DNA from: Patescibacteria group bacterium
GTDB taxonomy: Bacteria > Patescibacteriota > Patescibacteriia > Buchananbacterales > UBA6539
NCBI GenBank assembly: GCA_028688055.1
Contig: JAQTYZ010000002.1
Coordinates: forward strand, 132,256-196,255
DNA length: 64,000 nt
Reading direction: 5' to 3'
The translations under genes were made by a program, and so were the position numbers. Below the pieces are notes generated by a model, which had not been told where the DNA came from, did not search any database, and saw only the letters and a program-made list of their open reading frames with translations. Positions 42,351 to 52,595 of this stretch are shown here, one piece after another (the first letter of the stretch is position 1; every line of letters starts with the position of its first letter).

Positions 42351-43217
42351 ATGTCTTCAAAAGTTTTAGCGGCGGCGGTCTTGGGCCTAGAGTGTGAATT
42401 AGTTACGGTTGAAGCGGACACCTCGCCGGCTTTGCCCGGAATATTTATCGTGGGCTTGCCGGATAAATCGGTCGACGAATCTAAAGAAAGAGTGCGCTCG
42501 GCAATTAAAAATTCCGGTTTAGCGATGCCGCGCACCAAGGTGACTGTTAATCTCGCTCCCGCTGATTTAAAAAAAGTTGGGCCAGCTTATGACTTGCCAA
42601 TCGCAATCAGTATTTTAGTAGCCAGCAGTCAGTTGTCGTTAAAAGATAAATGGTCGAAGCAACTTTTTATCGGTGAATTAGCGCTGGACGGCCAACTTCG
42701 TCCGGTGGCCGGCGTTTTATCAATTTGTCTTAAAGCCAAGGCGTTAGGAATAAATAAAGTAATTTTACCTTTGGCTAACGCCGCTGAAGCATCATTGGTT
42801 TCAGGGTTAGAAATAATTGCCTGTAAAAGTCTGGAGCAGCTTTCATTATATTTAAAATCGAAAATAGCCATTGAGCCATTTGAGCCACCGCCAACAATTT
42901 TTAATGCTGTTAATGAATTCGGGGGATTAGATATGGCTAATATTAAAGGTCAGCATCAGGCCAAACGAGCGTTGGAAATAGCGGCCGCCGGTGGGCATAA
43001 TATTTTATTTTATGGCCCGCCCGGCTCTGGTAAAACATTATTGGCCAAAACTGCGGTAACGATTTTGCCGTCAATGACTAAATCTGAAGCGCTTGATGTC
43101 ACTAGGATTTATAGCGTCGCTGGCTTACTGCCGCCCGGGCAACCGTTGATTAACCAGCGGCCATTTCGGGCACCGCATCATACTTCATCGGGCGTGGCGT
43201 GTATAATAGCAAGGTAG
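42351..43217 (+). pseudogene. comM: comM/yifB Mg-chelatase-like ATPase, 5' part, interrupted by the element
   Basis: VGLPD..ESKERV, GPPGSGKT, RAPHHTSS, then element-derived residues and a stop. Confidence 0.92.
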
Positions 43218-43342
43218 AGAGATTAGGGGTTAAGTTTGAGATTGTGAGAAATTTAACCTGAAATTTAAGGTATTCTAGTATTATGGACAGAGCTCTATTA
43301 AAGTAATAAGATTTAGGGTAGTAAAATATTTTGGAATAGTAT

Positions 43343-44404
43343 ATGGGAAAAATGTTTTTAGCTTTTGCAGACTGCTCTTCTTCTAACAAAAATGTTATCA
43401 AAAAGATTGGAAACATTGAATTTTTTAATTTAGCAAAGATTAATCAGAATGATTTTTTGAGGTTAATGAATAGTAAATTTAAGTTTCCGAACAAAAAGTT
43501 GATAAAAAACTTTCCCAATTCACCTGACTATAAATTATTCACCGATTTATACAAATGTAGTGCCTGGGGCATGATGGTACCCCACAATCATAGGGAAAGT
43601 TTTGGATCAATATATATTCCAAGAATGATAACCCATCTTTATACGGCCAAACCTTTGATATGCACTTTTTCTGTGACTGTTGCCGGACCATGGATTATGA
43701 CTAGAAAACTTGCTATAGATCAGAGAGCTCAGTTTCATTCTGAAGACAAGTCTTTGATGTCTAAAAGGTTTTTAAAGTTTTATAAAGAAATTTATCCGGT
43801 GATCCAAGGAACCAACTGGAACGCCGATGAAGTTACTCAATGGGATAATGAGCGTTGGAGGGTTCACTTGGCACTAGTTTTTTTTGATCAATTATTCGAA
43901 TACTATAACAAGAAGCCAGTAACAACTTGGCCGAAAGAATGCTCAGAAATTGTCACACTAATTGAAACTATTTTCTCAGTGCATAAAAGTGATTATGGTC
44001 AAACACTAATGATGCAAAGAGTAGAGGTGTTGTTGGGTGATTTTTATGGCAAAGCCTTTAAGGATGTAAAACAAGATCTAAAAGATCTTTTTGATTACAG
44101 AAACAAATTTATTCATGGTAAATACTTTTTGACATTAAAGAAAAAAGTAACTACTTATCCAGATAATAGTAATATGGCACAGTTGCCCTCTGTTGACATG
44201 AGGTTGCTTTTTTCTCTAGAACTTATCGTTAGGGATTTAATGGTGGCATACTTGTATTTGTTAAAATATTTTCATCATAAGTCAAACAGAGGTAATATTA
44301 TGCTATCTAGAGTTATTTTGGAAGCCGTTATGGACATTCAGTTACGAGAAAAAATTCAATTCCGAGTAAATAGAATCCTTAGGCTAACTCATAGGGAGAG
44401 GTGA
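43343..44404 (+). CDS. HEPN-domain protein (ApeA-like), putative defence
   Basis: LIETIF..LFDYRNKFIHG (RxxxxH). Confidence 0.7.
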   Translation: MGKMFLAFADCSSSNKNVIKKIGNIEFFNLAKINQNDFLRLMNSKFKFPNKKLIKNFPNSPDYKLFTDLYKCSAWGMMVPHNHRESFGSIYIPRMITHLYTAKPLICTFSVTVAGPWIMTRKLAIDQRAQFHSEDKSLMSKRFLKFYKEIYPVIQGTNWNADEVTQWDNERWRVHLALVFFDQLFEYYNKKPVTTWPKECSEIVTLIETIFSVHKSDYGQTLMMQRVEVLLGDFYGKAFKDVKQDLKDLFDYRNKFIHGKYFLTLKKKVTTYPDNSNMAQLPSVDMRLLFSLELIVRDLMVAYLYLLKYFHHKSNRGNIMLSRVILEAVMDIQLREKIQFRVNRILRLTHRER

Positions 44405-44585
44405 AGAGATCTGGTTTGACTTATTGAGGTTAATGAACTATTTTTAACCTACCAACATAGCACGATAAAGCAGAATCAACATAGCGTCCCCGTAAGGGGG
44501 TTTTTGATTTGTCTAATTTTGGTATTATGGACACAGATTTGTTGGTGTATTAAGATTTATAATAATTGAAATAATCAAATAAGTT

Positions 44586-45113
44586 ATGCATGATTCAGAA
44601 AAATTTAAAGAAGCCATGAAAAGTATGCCTGATAATAGCATTGATGATTTTACTAAAAATATTGTAAAATTTTTATTAAAATTTAATGATGAGCAGATTA
44701 ATACAGTATCATTCGTGTTTTGGTTAGTTTATGTCGCAGAACTTAAATTAGACGAATTTAGAATACACGCATGGGAAGTAGCAGAAAAGGATTCTTCTGA
44801 AGATATAATTGATAGAGCTAAGCAGATGCTTACTGATAAAATTAATTTAGATAGGTCAGTTATCAATAACCCTAGATATTTTTCTGAAAAAATAAAATTT
44901 TTTGAAGGTGTTATAGGAAAAAATGATTTTGTTGAGATTTTATATATTTTAAGAGATTTGAGAAATGATATAAGTCATTTACGTATAGATAATTTAAAAT
45001 ATAAAGAATTATCTCTCTACACAAGAGAAGCAAAGGAAAATCTTATAATTGATTTTGTTGAGTCGGCAAGGAATTGCAATGCATCTAAATCTGATTTTAG
45101 GCAGTTTATCTGA
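44586..45113 (+). CDS. Small HEPN-like protein
   Basis: FSEKI..LRNDISH (RxxxxH). Confidence 0.6.
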   Translation: MHDSEKFKEAMKSMPDNSIDDFTKNIVKFLLKFNDEQINTVSFVFWLVYVAELKLDEFRIHAWEVAEKDSSEDIIDRAKQMLTDKINLDRSVINNPRYFSEKIKFFEGVIGKNDFVEILYILRDLRNDISHLRIDNLKYKELSLYTREAKENLIIDFVESARNCNASKSDFRQFI

Positions 45114-45188
45114 GTTTTTAATCCTTCTTGTTTAAACTTAAGGTGGCAGATGGTTGGGTCGTCATTATACATGAATATTTAATTTAAT

Positions 45189-46328
45189 ATGGAAAATTTT
45201 CAAAGTCTTTATGATCCAATTGATAAGTGTATAGAAGAAGGTGTTATTAATTCCAAGTTTCTCGAGATACTTGCAAAGACAAATCCTCTTAGCACTTGGC
45301 ATAATGAATTTTTAGAATTAGATAAAGTATATAAGTGGCCAAGTCTTAAACAAACACATTATCAAATCGACATAGAAGTTGATAGCCCGACCATTATCTT
45401 AAATGGGGAAATAAAAGATTATAAAAATATTATCTATACTAAAAAAACTAAGGTAATAAGAAAGGGGAGAGGCAAAGACTCGGAAGAAAGTTTAGAATCA
45501 TATTTAAACGAAAAGCTAGGAACAATATCATCGTTTTTGATGTTAAGTAAAAAACATTCAGATGATTATATTAAGTTAGGTTCAGAAAAATTAAGTCAGT
45601 TATTGAGCAGTGAGGGTTCGTGGGAGATTAAAGATAAAGATATTTCTATTAGTGGAAACTTAAATATTTTTGAGAGTGATGAATTGTTAGACCAGTTAAC
45701 TATTTCATTTTTATTAAAATCTGCGAGAGAAGGTAAAGGTAGACTACTACAAGATGCTGCAGCTTTGATTTTAATAGCTTTACTATATAAAAGATTGAAC
45801 TATCAGGTAGAAAGTATTTTTAAAGATATTAAAAATATTGACTGTAGTGAGACTCTTGATGATGCAATACATTTTGCAATCAAAATTATTAAGGACGATG
45901 AAACGGTGCCAGAAAGGTTTAGATTCAAGTCTGGCAACAGCAGTTCATTAAGATTTTTTTTAGTAGGGACAAGTTACTCAGAAGCTGGGGAAAACGTCTT
46001 TATACCAAAAATAAGAGAATATTTTCGGGATAAACGACTAAAATATGATAAGGTTTCAAAAGAGGATTATTTTAGTGAACTATCTACCGAAAAAGATGAA
46101 GAAGAAATAGAGTTTGATGTAAAAGATGAAAAAAATAACTTAAAGTTAAACGAGGGGTTACTGGCAAGTATTGATGGGGTAATCAATAATTTATCCGAGA
46201 GAGATCAAGCCATCTGGCGTATGTTTTTGGACGGACGTACCGGTGACGAAATAGGTGAAAGATTTGGCTTAGGTAAGGCAAGGATTTCTCAGATATTAGC
46301 TGAAATTAGAAAAAAAATTATGGATTAA
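45189..46328 (+). CDS. Protein with C-terminal sigma70 region-4-like HTH
   Basis: LSERDQAI..GRTGDEIGERFGLGKARISQI. Confidence 0.7.
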   Translation: MENFQSLYDPIDKCIEEGVINSKFLEILAKTNPLSTWHNEFLELDKVYKWPSLKQTHYQIDIEVDSPTIILNGEIKDYKNIIYTKKTKVIRKGRGKDSEESLESYLNEKLGTISSFLMLSKKHSDDYIKLGSEKLSQLLSSEGSWEIKDKDISISGNLNIFESDELLDQLTISFLLKSAREGKGRLLQDAAALILIALLYKRLNYQVESIFKDIKNIDCSETLDDAIHFAIKIIKDDETVPERFRFKSGNSSSLRFFLVGTSYSEAGENVFIPKIREYFRDKRLKYDKVSKEDYFSELSTEKDEEEIEFDVKDEKNNLKLNEGLLASIDGVINNLSERDQAIWRMFLDGRTGDEIGERFGLGKARISQILAEIRKKIMD

Positions 46329-46395
46329 ACTTTTCCGGTTTTTAATCCATATATATAAGTAACACTATTTAAAGTGTTATTTTTTTATATCCCAA

Positions 46396-46551
46396 ATGAC
46401 TCCAAACTTTGAGATCATCCATGAAAAGCTTGATATATCACCTCAGGAGGCCGAGCGCCGCTTATTTTCAGCGTTATCTCAATTAATTTCATACGGAGAT
46501 TTATATGTCGAAGAAAATGAACAGAAAAATCACAATCAATCCGCTGTTTAA
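46396..46551 (+). CDS. Small hypothetical protein (51 aa)
   Basis: Read manually: MTPNFEIIHEKLDISPQEAERRLFSAL... Confidence 0.45.
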   Translation: MTPNFEIIHEKLDISPQEAERRLFSALSQLISYGDLYVEENEQKNHNQSAV

Positions 46552-46765
46552 AACGAAGGATTCGTACCTAGCGAGTGTAATTTATTATTTTGGTTTTAAA
46601 TTGGACTCTACGGAATGGCAGGGAGACTCCTTATTTTTTGTATTCGAAAATGCAGAGGAAGCAGAAAAAATTGTTAAGCAATACTATGCAGGGGAACTTA
46701 AAGTCGATCCTAGAATTTTATTTGATTCCTATAAGATAATAAAGCAGATAATCTTTAGCAGATGA
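46505..46765 (+). CDS. DUF5659-like small protein
   Basis: TKDSYLAS..FFVF..YYAGELKVDP. Confidence 0.65.
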   Translation: MSKKMNRKITINPLFKTKDSYLASVIYYFGFKLDSTEWQGDSLFFVFENAEEAEKIVKQYYAGELKVDPRILFDSYKIIKQIIFSR

Positions 46766-46974
46766 TGGAATTTAAATTTACAACTGAAAATTATGAGTTG
46801 CTCAGATTTTTGCATAAAGAGCTAATAAAGAATTTAGATGAAACTAATGAACTAGAGTTTGTCCTGATGGAAAAGAAAAGAGATTTTTATAGACTAAGTA
46901 AAAAAATTAACGAACTAACTAACAAAATTAAATTAAATGAAAATGAAGATTCAAAGCCCAAAGCCAAAAGTTAA
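46762..46974 (+). CDS. Hypothetical coiled-coil protein
   Basis: Overlapping, translationally coupled ORF. Confidence 0.55.
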   Translation: MMEFKFTTENYELLRFLHKELIKNLDETNELEFVLMEKKRDFYRLSKKINELTNKIKLNENEDSKPKAKS

Positions 46975-48328
46975 AGAAGTATTTATCAGTTCCTTGGTAA
47001 ACCCTAAAGATGCCAGTCTAGTTGAAATGGTTTATTCAGAAGATCAAAACTCCACTCGTTTTATTCAGTACTTTAACGGAGAAATTGATACTAGGGATTA
47101 TATCGAAAAAGAGGATGGTAGAGTTAAGCTATTACCATTTCCACCCAATAATGACTTGGTTAAAAATAAGGTTATCCTATTCCCTAGCTATCCAGCCGAG
47201 TATGGCAATGATAGACAGTTGTTAAATAACATTTCTAACTTTATTCATAAATACTTAGACGTAAGTCCATTTTTTGAAAAAATATCGTCTTACTATGTTT
47301 TGTTTACATGGGTTTATGATTGTTTTAATGAACTACCTTACCTCCGAGCGCTAGGTGATTATGGAACAGGCAAATCAAGACTTTTAAAAGTTGTTGGTTC
47401 AATTTGTTATAAACCAATGTTTACTGCTGGGGCAACTACTGTTTCTCCAGTTTTTAGAATTATTGATAGCTTTAGAGGCACATTAATTTTAGATGAAGCA
47501 GATTTGAAGTTTAGTGATACTACTATGGAAATAATTAAAATATTAAACTCTGGTTATGCAAGTGGAACTCCAGTATTACGAAGTGTAACCGATGGTAAAA
47601 ATGGCTTTGATGTTAAGAGCTTTAATGTTTACTGCCCTAAGATTATAGGGACTAGGGGTAGATTTCAGGATAAAGCTCTAGAGAGCCGTTTTCTAGTTGA
47701 GGTAATGGATAAAAATAAGTTAAGAGATGACATCCCGATCAACCTGCCTGAGAGTTTTGAAAAAGGAGCGCTTGATCTAAGAAACCAATTGCTAATGTGG
47801 CGCTTTAAGAACCATGGCTCTAAGAAGATTAAGCATGAGTTGGTTGATAAAAGTATAGAGCCTCGTTTAAACCAAATCATTGTACCTCTGGCTAGTGTTA
47901 TTGAGCACTCTGAGCTTATCAAGGAGTTGCAGGACTTTATTAGAGAGTACAATAGGCAATTAACCTCAGATCGGGGAATGACATGGGAGGCTGGTATTCT
48001 AGAGGCAATTATAGAGCTTAAAAAGGAGTTGATATTAAGCCCAACTGTTAAAGAAATCACTGAAAGGCATAACGCCACCGTTGAAGAAAAAGAAAAAATA
48101 ACAAATAGGAAAACGGGTTACATCATTCGGGAGAAGCTTGGGTTCATAACGGTGAAAACTCGTGATGGTTATATTGTTGAGGGTAATGAGAAGAATAACA
48201 CAAGATTTTTTCACCTAGTTACTAAATATGGTTTAGATGAATTGTTAGAGGGTGAGAAGCGTGAACATGTGAATGATGTGAACGTTGCTACAGGGGTAGA
48301 TAAGGATGATTTACCTAAATTCAGCTAA
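46937..48328 (+). CDS. P-loop replication protein (primase-associated helicase-like)
   Basis: GDYGTGKS Walker A, ILDEAD Walker B, ILNSGY, ALESR. Confidence 0.8.
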   Translation: MKMKIQSPKPKVKEVFISSLVNPKDASLVEMVYSEDQNSTRFIQYFNGEIDTRDYIEKEDGRVKLLPFPPNNDLVKNKVILFPSYPAEYGNDRQLLNNISNFIHKYLDVSPFFEKISSYYVLFTWVYDCFNELPYLRALGDYGTGKSRLLKVVGSICYKPMFTAGATTVSPVFRIIDSFRGTLILDEADLKFSDTTMEIIKILNSGYASGTPVLRSVTDGKNGFDVKSFNVYCPKIIGTRGRFQDKALESRFLVEVMDKNKLRDDIPINLPESFEKGALDLRNQLLMWRFKNHGSKKIKHELVDKSIEPRLNQIIVPLASVIEHSELIKELQDFIREYNRQLTSDRGMTWEAGILEAIIELKKELILSPTVKEITERHNATVEEKEKITNRKTGYIIREKLGFITVKTRDGYIVEGNEKNNTRFFHLVTKYGLDELLEGEKREHVNDVNVATGVDKDDLPKFS

Positions 48329-48392
48329 ACTCAAATAAGCCAAATTCTATTTATTAACCCCTAATTAAAGTTCACAACGTTCACACGTTCAC
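48261..48392. repeat. Inverted iteron triplets, putative element origin
   Basis: GTGAAC/GTGAAT x3 (48261-48283) facing GTTCAC x3 (48370-48392). Confidence 0.7.
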
Positions 48393-48399
48393 AAAGTAT

Positions 48400-49059
48400 A
48401 TGGAGAAACCTAAAAAAATAAACAATCAATTGTCTATTAGTCAAAAAAAAGAGCTTGAAGAATGGGAAAAAAAGATAGACAGTGGAGAAGCTTATAAAAT
48501 TGCAGAAAATGAATTAATGAATAACGTTAGTAGCAATTATGATTTTCAACAGGGTATAAGGAAATTTGCAGAGGTCATTTTTCCTAAGTTGGCAATTAAA
48601 AGAGAAAAACTAACCAAAGAAGAACAGGAAGAGTTCAGAAATATTAGTTTATGTTGTGGCTTAGATAACGGGTTTGGGATAATGGGGGCTGTGGAAGTTG
48701 ATAATCGTGGTTTAATTCAAACCCTACGGAAAAAGTTGATAAAGGAATTTGATTGCAAATCGTATAGCGAGAAAGCATTGGTTGACTTGGCAGTTAATGC
48801 ATATTCAAGAAATCTAACATTCAGCACAAGTTTAATTACTTCCAACAAAATGGGGTACACTACTCAGCTACTAAATAATTATTTAAGTATTGCAAGCAAA
48901 GAGATAGATCGAGCAAATAGACAATTTATTACTGCCCTAGAAACATTGAGACAACTAAAACAGCCGGAGTTAAAGGTTAATGTTAAAACAAAAAATGCTT
49001 TTATTGCTCAAAATCAACAGTTTAACAATAATCAGAATGAAACCAACAACTCCAAATAA
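48400..49059 (+). CDS. Hypothetical element protein
   Basis: 219-aa ORF in the element operon. Confidence 0.75.
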   Translation: MEKPKKINNQLSISQKKELEEWEKKIDSGEAYKIAENELMNNVSSNYDFQQGIRKFAEVIFPKLAIKREKLTKEEQEEFRNISLCCGLDNGFGIMGAVEVDNRGLIQTLRKKLIKEFDCKSYSEKALVDLAVNAYSRNLTFSTSLITSNKMGYTTQLLNNYLSIASKEIDRANRQFITALETLRQLKQPELKVNVKTKNAFIAQNQQFNNNQNETNNSK

Positions 49060-49369
49060 TTTAGGAAAAAAGTATTTAGTTGATCAGTGTAAGTCAATTG
49101 ATATTTCTGATTATTTGGGTAAGGTTAAAAATGAACTTAAACAATTGGCCATTAAGTCTCAGGCAGAGGTAGATGGTTATGAGGTGGAATTAACCACTAG
49201 TAAAATTCATTACCTGGGGCTCAGATACTGGTTTAAATGCCCTCTATGTAGCAGAAGGGCAGGCAAGCTATATAAGCACCCTATAAGCCATATTTTGGGT
49301 TGTAGACGCTGTTTAAATCTTGAATATAGGTCTAGAAGGTACAAGGGAATGGTGGAAAGCTGTAATTGA
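49037..49369 (+). CDS. Zn-finger protein
   Basis: WFKCPLC..GCRRCLNLEY; ATG at 49037. Confidence 0.75.
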   Translation: MKPTTPNNLGKKYLVDQCKSIDISDYLGKVKNELKQLAIKSQAEVDGYEVELTTSKIHYLGLRYWFKCPLCSRRAGKLYKHPISHILGCRRCLNLEYRSRRYKGMVESCN

Positions 49370-49436
49370 CATAATATGACAAAATGATACAATAGTTATA
49401 AGTAGATTCTAAAAATATTTATGTATTTATGTATTT

Positions 49437-50144
49437 ATGAATAAAAGTATAGGTATTATTTTAATTTTGTTAGCTGGTTTAATTCTGCTGGGGTTAGCTA
49501 GTGGTTGGAGTTTTTTTACCTGGAGATTTATGGATTACATAATAATAGCCGCTAATGTTGTGATTGGAGTAATGCTAATTAATGTTAACGATTTCAATGA
49601 TTTGAATATTAAATCTATTTTTAAAAGTAGAAAATTTAAATTTATTGTTGTAGCTTTAATTTTTATAGCAATTATTTTTTTCGTTACCATATTATCAATA
49701 GTAAAAATCAATGAAGAAAATTTAAAATGTAAATTTAATATCAGTGACGTAGTTGAGAATAGATTTCAAGAAGATAAAGATGCATATTCTGAAAAATGTG
49801 TTGGATATCAACCTCTATTTGCCACGATAGTTTGTAAAGATGGGTTTAAAAATTACCCTGCCAAACATTTAACTTATTGGGAGATCAATGGGTTATTAAA
49901 AAATAATTCTAAATATAGCCAGTATCTCAAGAGTATTGTTTTGAAAATATATACCAATGACGAAAGAAAAATTTTATTAGCAGAAAATTTTTTAGATATT
50001 AATGAATCATTAACATCAGATCAATCTTATCCTTTTCAGGTAAGAGCACAAATTAATAGAGATTCTCAAATTGGAAAATATTTTAATAAGGACGATAAAG
50101 TAAAGGTAGATATATATCCATATTTTGCGAGTTGTACATATTAA
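49437..50144 (+). CDS. Membrane protein
   Basis: Three hydrophobic segments then a soluble domain. Confidence 0.7.
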   Translation: MNKSIGIILILLAGLILLGLASGWSFFTWRFMDYIIIAANVVIGVMLINVNDFNDLNIKSIFKSRKFKFIVVALIFIAIIFFVTILSIVKINEENLKCKFNISDVVENRFQEDKDAYSEKCVGYQPLFATIVCKDGFKNYPAKHLTYWEINGLLKNNSKYSQYLKSIVLKIYTNDERKILLAENFLDINESLTSDQSYPFQVRAQINRDSQIGKYFNKDDKVKVDIYPYFASCTY

Positions 50145-50146
50145 AT

Positions 50147-50491
50147 ATGAAAAATCAAGAACTATACACTACTCAAGAGGTTGCCGATATTGTTAAAGTT
50201 CATCAGAGAACTGTGTTCCGATACATTAAAAATGGCAAGCTAAAGGCCATTAAGATGTTTGGTCAATGGAGAGTAAAAAAAGATGATTTGGATAAGCTTG
50301 CAGGTGAAAAAAATTTTTTACCCAAAAAAGGAAGTAGGATTAGGCCTAGGGAATTTATGGATATTATGGCAAGGATAGAATTAATAGATAAAGAAATTAA
50401 GAAAGAAGAGAAGCTTTATACAGTTAAACTAAATTCTCTAGAATTGGAAAAGGAATATCTCTTGAATAAAATGCAGTCGAGGAAAAAGTAG
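50147..50491 (+). CDS. Excisionase-like HTH_17 protein
   Basis: YTTQEVA..RTVFRYIKNGKLKA..WRV. Confidence 0.85.
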   Translation: MKNQELYTTQEVADIVKVHQRTVFRYIKNGKLKAIKMFGQWRVKKDDLDKLAGEKNFLPKKGSRIRPREFMDIMARIELIDKEIKKEEKLYTVKLNSLELEKEYLLNKMQSRKK

Positions 50492-50612
50492 TAAAGAGGA
50501 TCATTTTTTTGGAACCATTTAATCTTGCAAACTTAAAGCCACTAAAACTAGTCAGTGGCGGATAACCAGAAAGGATCTAGATAGTTTTGTCAATAAGTTT
50601 AAAAATAAGTGA

Positions 50613-50967
50613 TATGGAAAAAAAGAATGAATTTGATATTACTTTAACAGAGGCAAGAAATATAATGGCAGACTTTGGTAAATGTATACAGGATCATCCT
50701 GGGGGTGGCTATCAGAATCTTTTACCGCATAGTACGGATTCAATTCTCATTGCCGCATTAAAAATTATTTTAAGTGATGAAACCGACAAAGTCTATAAAG
50801 AAATTGCATCTCTGTCGTTAGTATATCTAAAAGACTTTATCCCAGACGAGAAGGAGTATAAGAAGATGGTTTTTCTAAAAGAGTCAAAAGATATTTTAAT
50901 GGATGAATCAATATCCCTAGAAGAGAGAGCTGCTAAAATGAGCAGGATAAGGAAAAAATATTTATGA
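50613..50967 (+). CDS. Hypothetical protein
   Basis: Overlaps the integrase start (ATGA); start taken at MEKK. Confidence 0.6.
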
Positions 50968-52595
50968 AAAAAGCGGTTTATTATGCTCGTGTAAGTACTA
51001 GCCTGCAGGAAGAGAAAGGTACAATTGAAAGCCAAAAATTTGAACTTCTTAATCAGATTAAAAAAGATGGGAGTATTTTAGTTAAAGAATATATTGATAA
51101 TGGTTGGTCTGGAGGAAGATTAGATCGTCCAGCTTTAGATGAATTAAGAAATGATATTAAAACCGATCTATTTGATGTGGTTTATTTTTTAGATGCCGAC
51201 AGAATCGCTAGAGATGTAAGCTACCAAAATATAATTATTTCAGAATTATTAAAGTATAACAAAGATATAATTATCAAAGGTAAGAGCTATATTCACAATC
51301 CAGAGAATAAATTTTCACTAACTGTCCTCGGAGCTGTTAACGAGTTGGAGAAAGCAAAAATAGTTGAGAGGATGATGAGGGGTAGGAGAGAGAAAGCTAG
51401 AAGGGGAGCAATTGTTGATTCAGGCGGACTATTTGGCTATGACCATGTCAAAAAAACAGATCAAAAAGATGGGTATTATAAAATCAATGAAAAACAAGCA
51501 GAGGTTGTTAAATTTATTTATGAGACATACGCCTATGAAGATGTTAGCATTACGGGACTCATTAAAATTTTAGAAAACAAAGGCATCCAAACGGCCAGAG
51601 GTAGTAGTGTTTGGAAAGGTAGTGTTATTAGACGGATTCTGACAAATGAAAGTTATTATGGGCATCATCATTTTAATCGAACAGAAAAAGTGGAATCAGG
51701 AATAGAAAAGGAAAGGTATGCGAAGAACGCCAAAACTCTTTCAAGACTGAGGGATAAATCTGAGTGGATTTTGGTTCCAATCCCTCCCATAATTAATCAG
51801 GAGCTTTTTGATATAGTTCAGGGTAAGTTGAAAAGGAACTATAAACTCCTAAGAAATACGAACAACAAGTATCTTCTAGGGGGCGTTATAAAGTGTGGCG
51901 TTTGTGACCATACTTACTCGGGGGTTAGTTGGAAGGGAGATCAATACTATAAATGTAATTATAGAGACAAGACATACAATCATAGTAAGTTGGTTGATAT
52001 TGAAAAATGTGATAATCAGGCAATTAAGGGTGAGATGATAGACGGCTTAGTATTGGAAGAACTAAAAGAAAAAATACTAAAACCGTCTATTATTAAGAAG
52101 CATATAGACATTTTGCAAAGCTCTAAAAGCGAAGGCGCTAAGTCTTTAAACAAAGCATTTGATAAAGCAGACGCAAAACTTAAAAGTTTAGAAGTTAAAA
52201 AACAGAGGTTGTTAGATTTGTATGCTGATAATTTATTAAGCAAAGAGGACTATATAAGCAAGATTGAAGAAATTGATTTAAGCTGCAAAGAGCTTGAAGA
52301 AGAAAAAGATGATTCGACCAAAAGACTTTCCTTGTTAGATAAGAGAAAAGATATTAGAGTTAATATTAATCATTTTTGTAGACTAGCTAGGAGAAGATTT
52401 GATAAATTAGACAGAAAAGAACAAATTCGGTTCATAAAAAATATTATTGATGAAGTTATCATTTTCAAAAATGATTCTGCAAAAAAGCTAATTATTAGAG
52501 GGATTCTACCCGTATTAGCTGAGAACAATAGTCTGTCACCTCAGTATTATACAGGCTATGGGGGTGGCGTTGGTTGGCGGCGGCACTTGGCCTAA
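50964..52595 (+). CDS. Large serine recombinase
   Basis: YARVST, DNGWSG, RPAL, DRIAR, Zn ribbon KCGVC, coiled coil; reads through attR. Confidence 0.96.
   Translation: MKKAVYYARVSTSLQEEKGTIESQKFELLNQIKKDGSILVKEYIDNGWSGGRLDRPALDELRNDIKTDLFDVVYFLDADRIARDVSYQNIIISELLKYNKDIIIKGKSYIHNPENKFSLTVLGAVNELEKAKIVERMMRGRREKARRGAIVDSGGLFGYDHVKKTDQKDGYYKINEKQAEVVKFIYETYAYEDVSITGLIKILENKGIQTARGSSVWKGSVIRRILTNESYYGHHHFNRTEKVESGIEKERYAKNAKTLSRLRDKSEWILVPIPPIINQELFDIVQGKLKRNYKLLRNTNNKYLLGGVIKCGVCDHTYSGVSWKGDQYYKCNYRDKTYNHSKLVDIEKCDNQAIKGEMIDGLVLEELKEKILKPSIIKKHIDILQSSKSEGAKSLNKAFDKADAKLKSLEVKKQRLLDLYADNLLSKEDYISKIEEIDLSCKELEEEKDDSTKRLSLLDKRKDIRVNINHFCRLARRRFDKLDRKEQIRFIKNIIDEVIIFKNDSAKKLIIRGILPVLAENNSLSPQYYTGYGGGVGWRRHLA

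Larger units (their letters stand above)
43193..52562 (+). mobile_element. Large-serine-recombinase integrative element (satellite/IME-like) inserted in comM
   Basis: Splits comM; visibly AT-rich; GG crossover at 43191-2 and 52561-2; attP arms TATTATACA/TGTATAATA. Confidence 0.92.
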
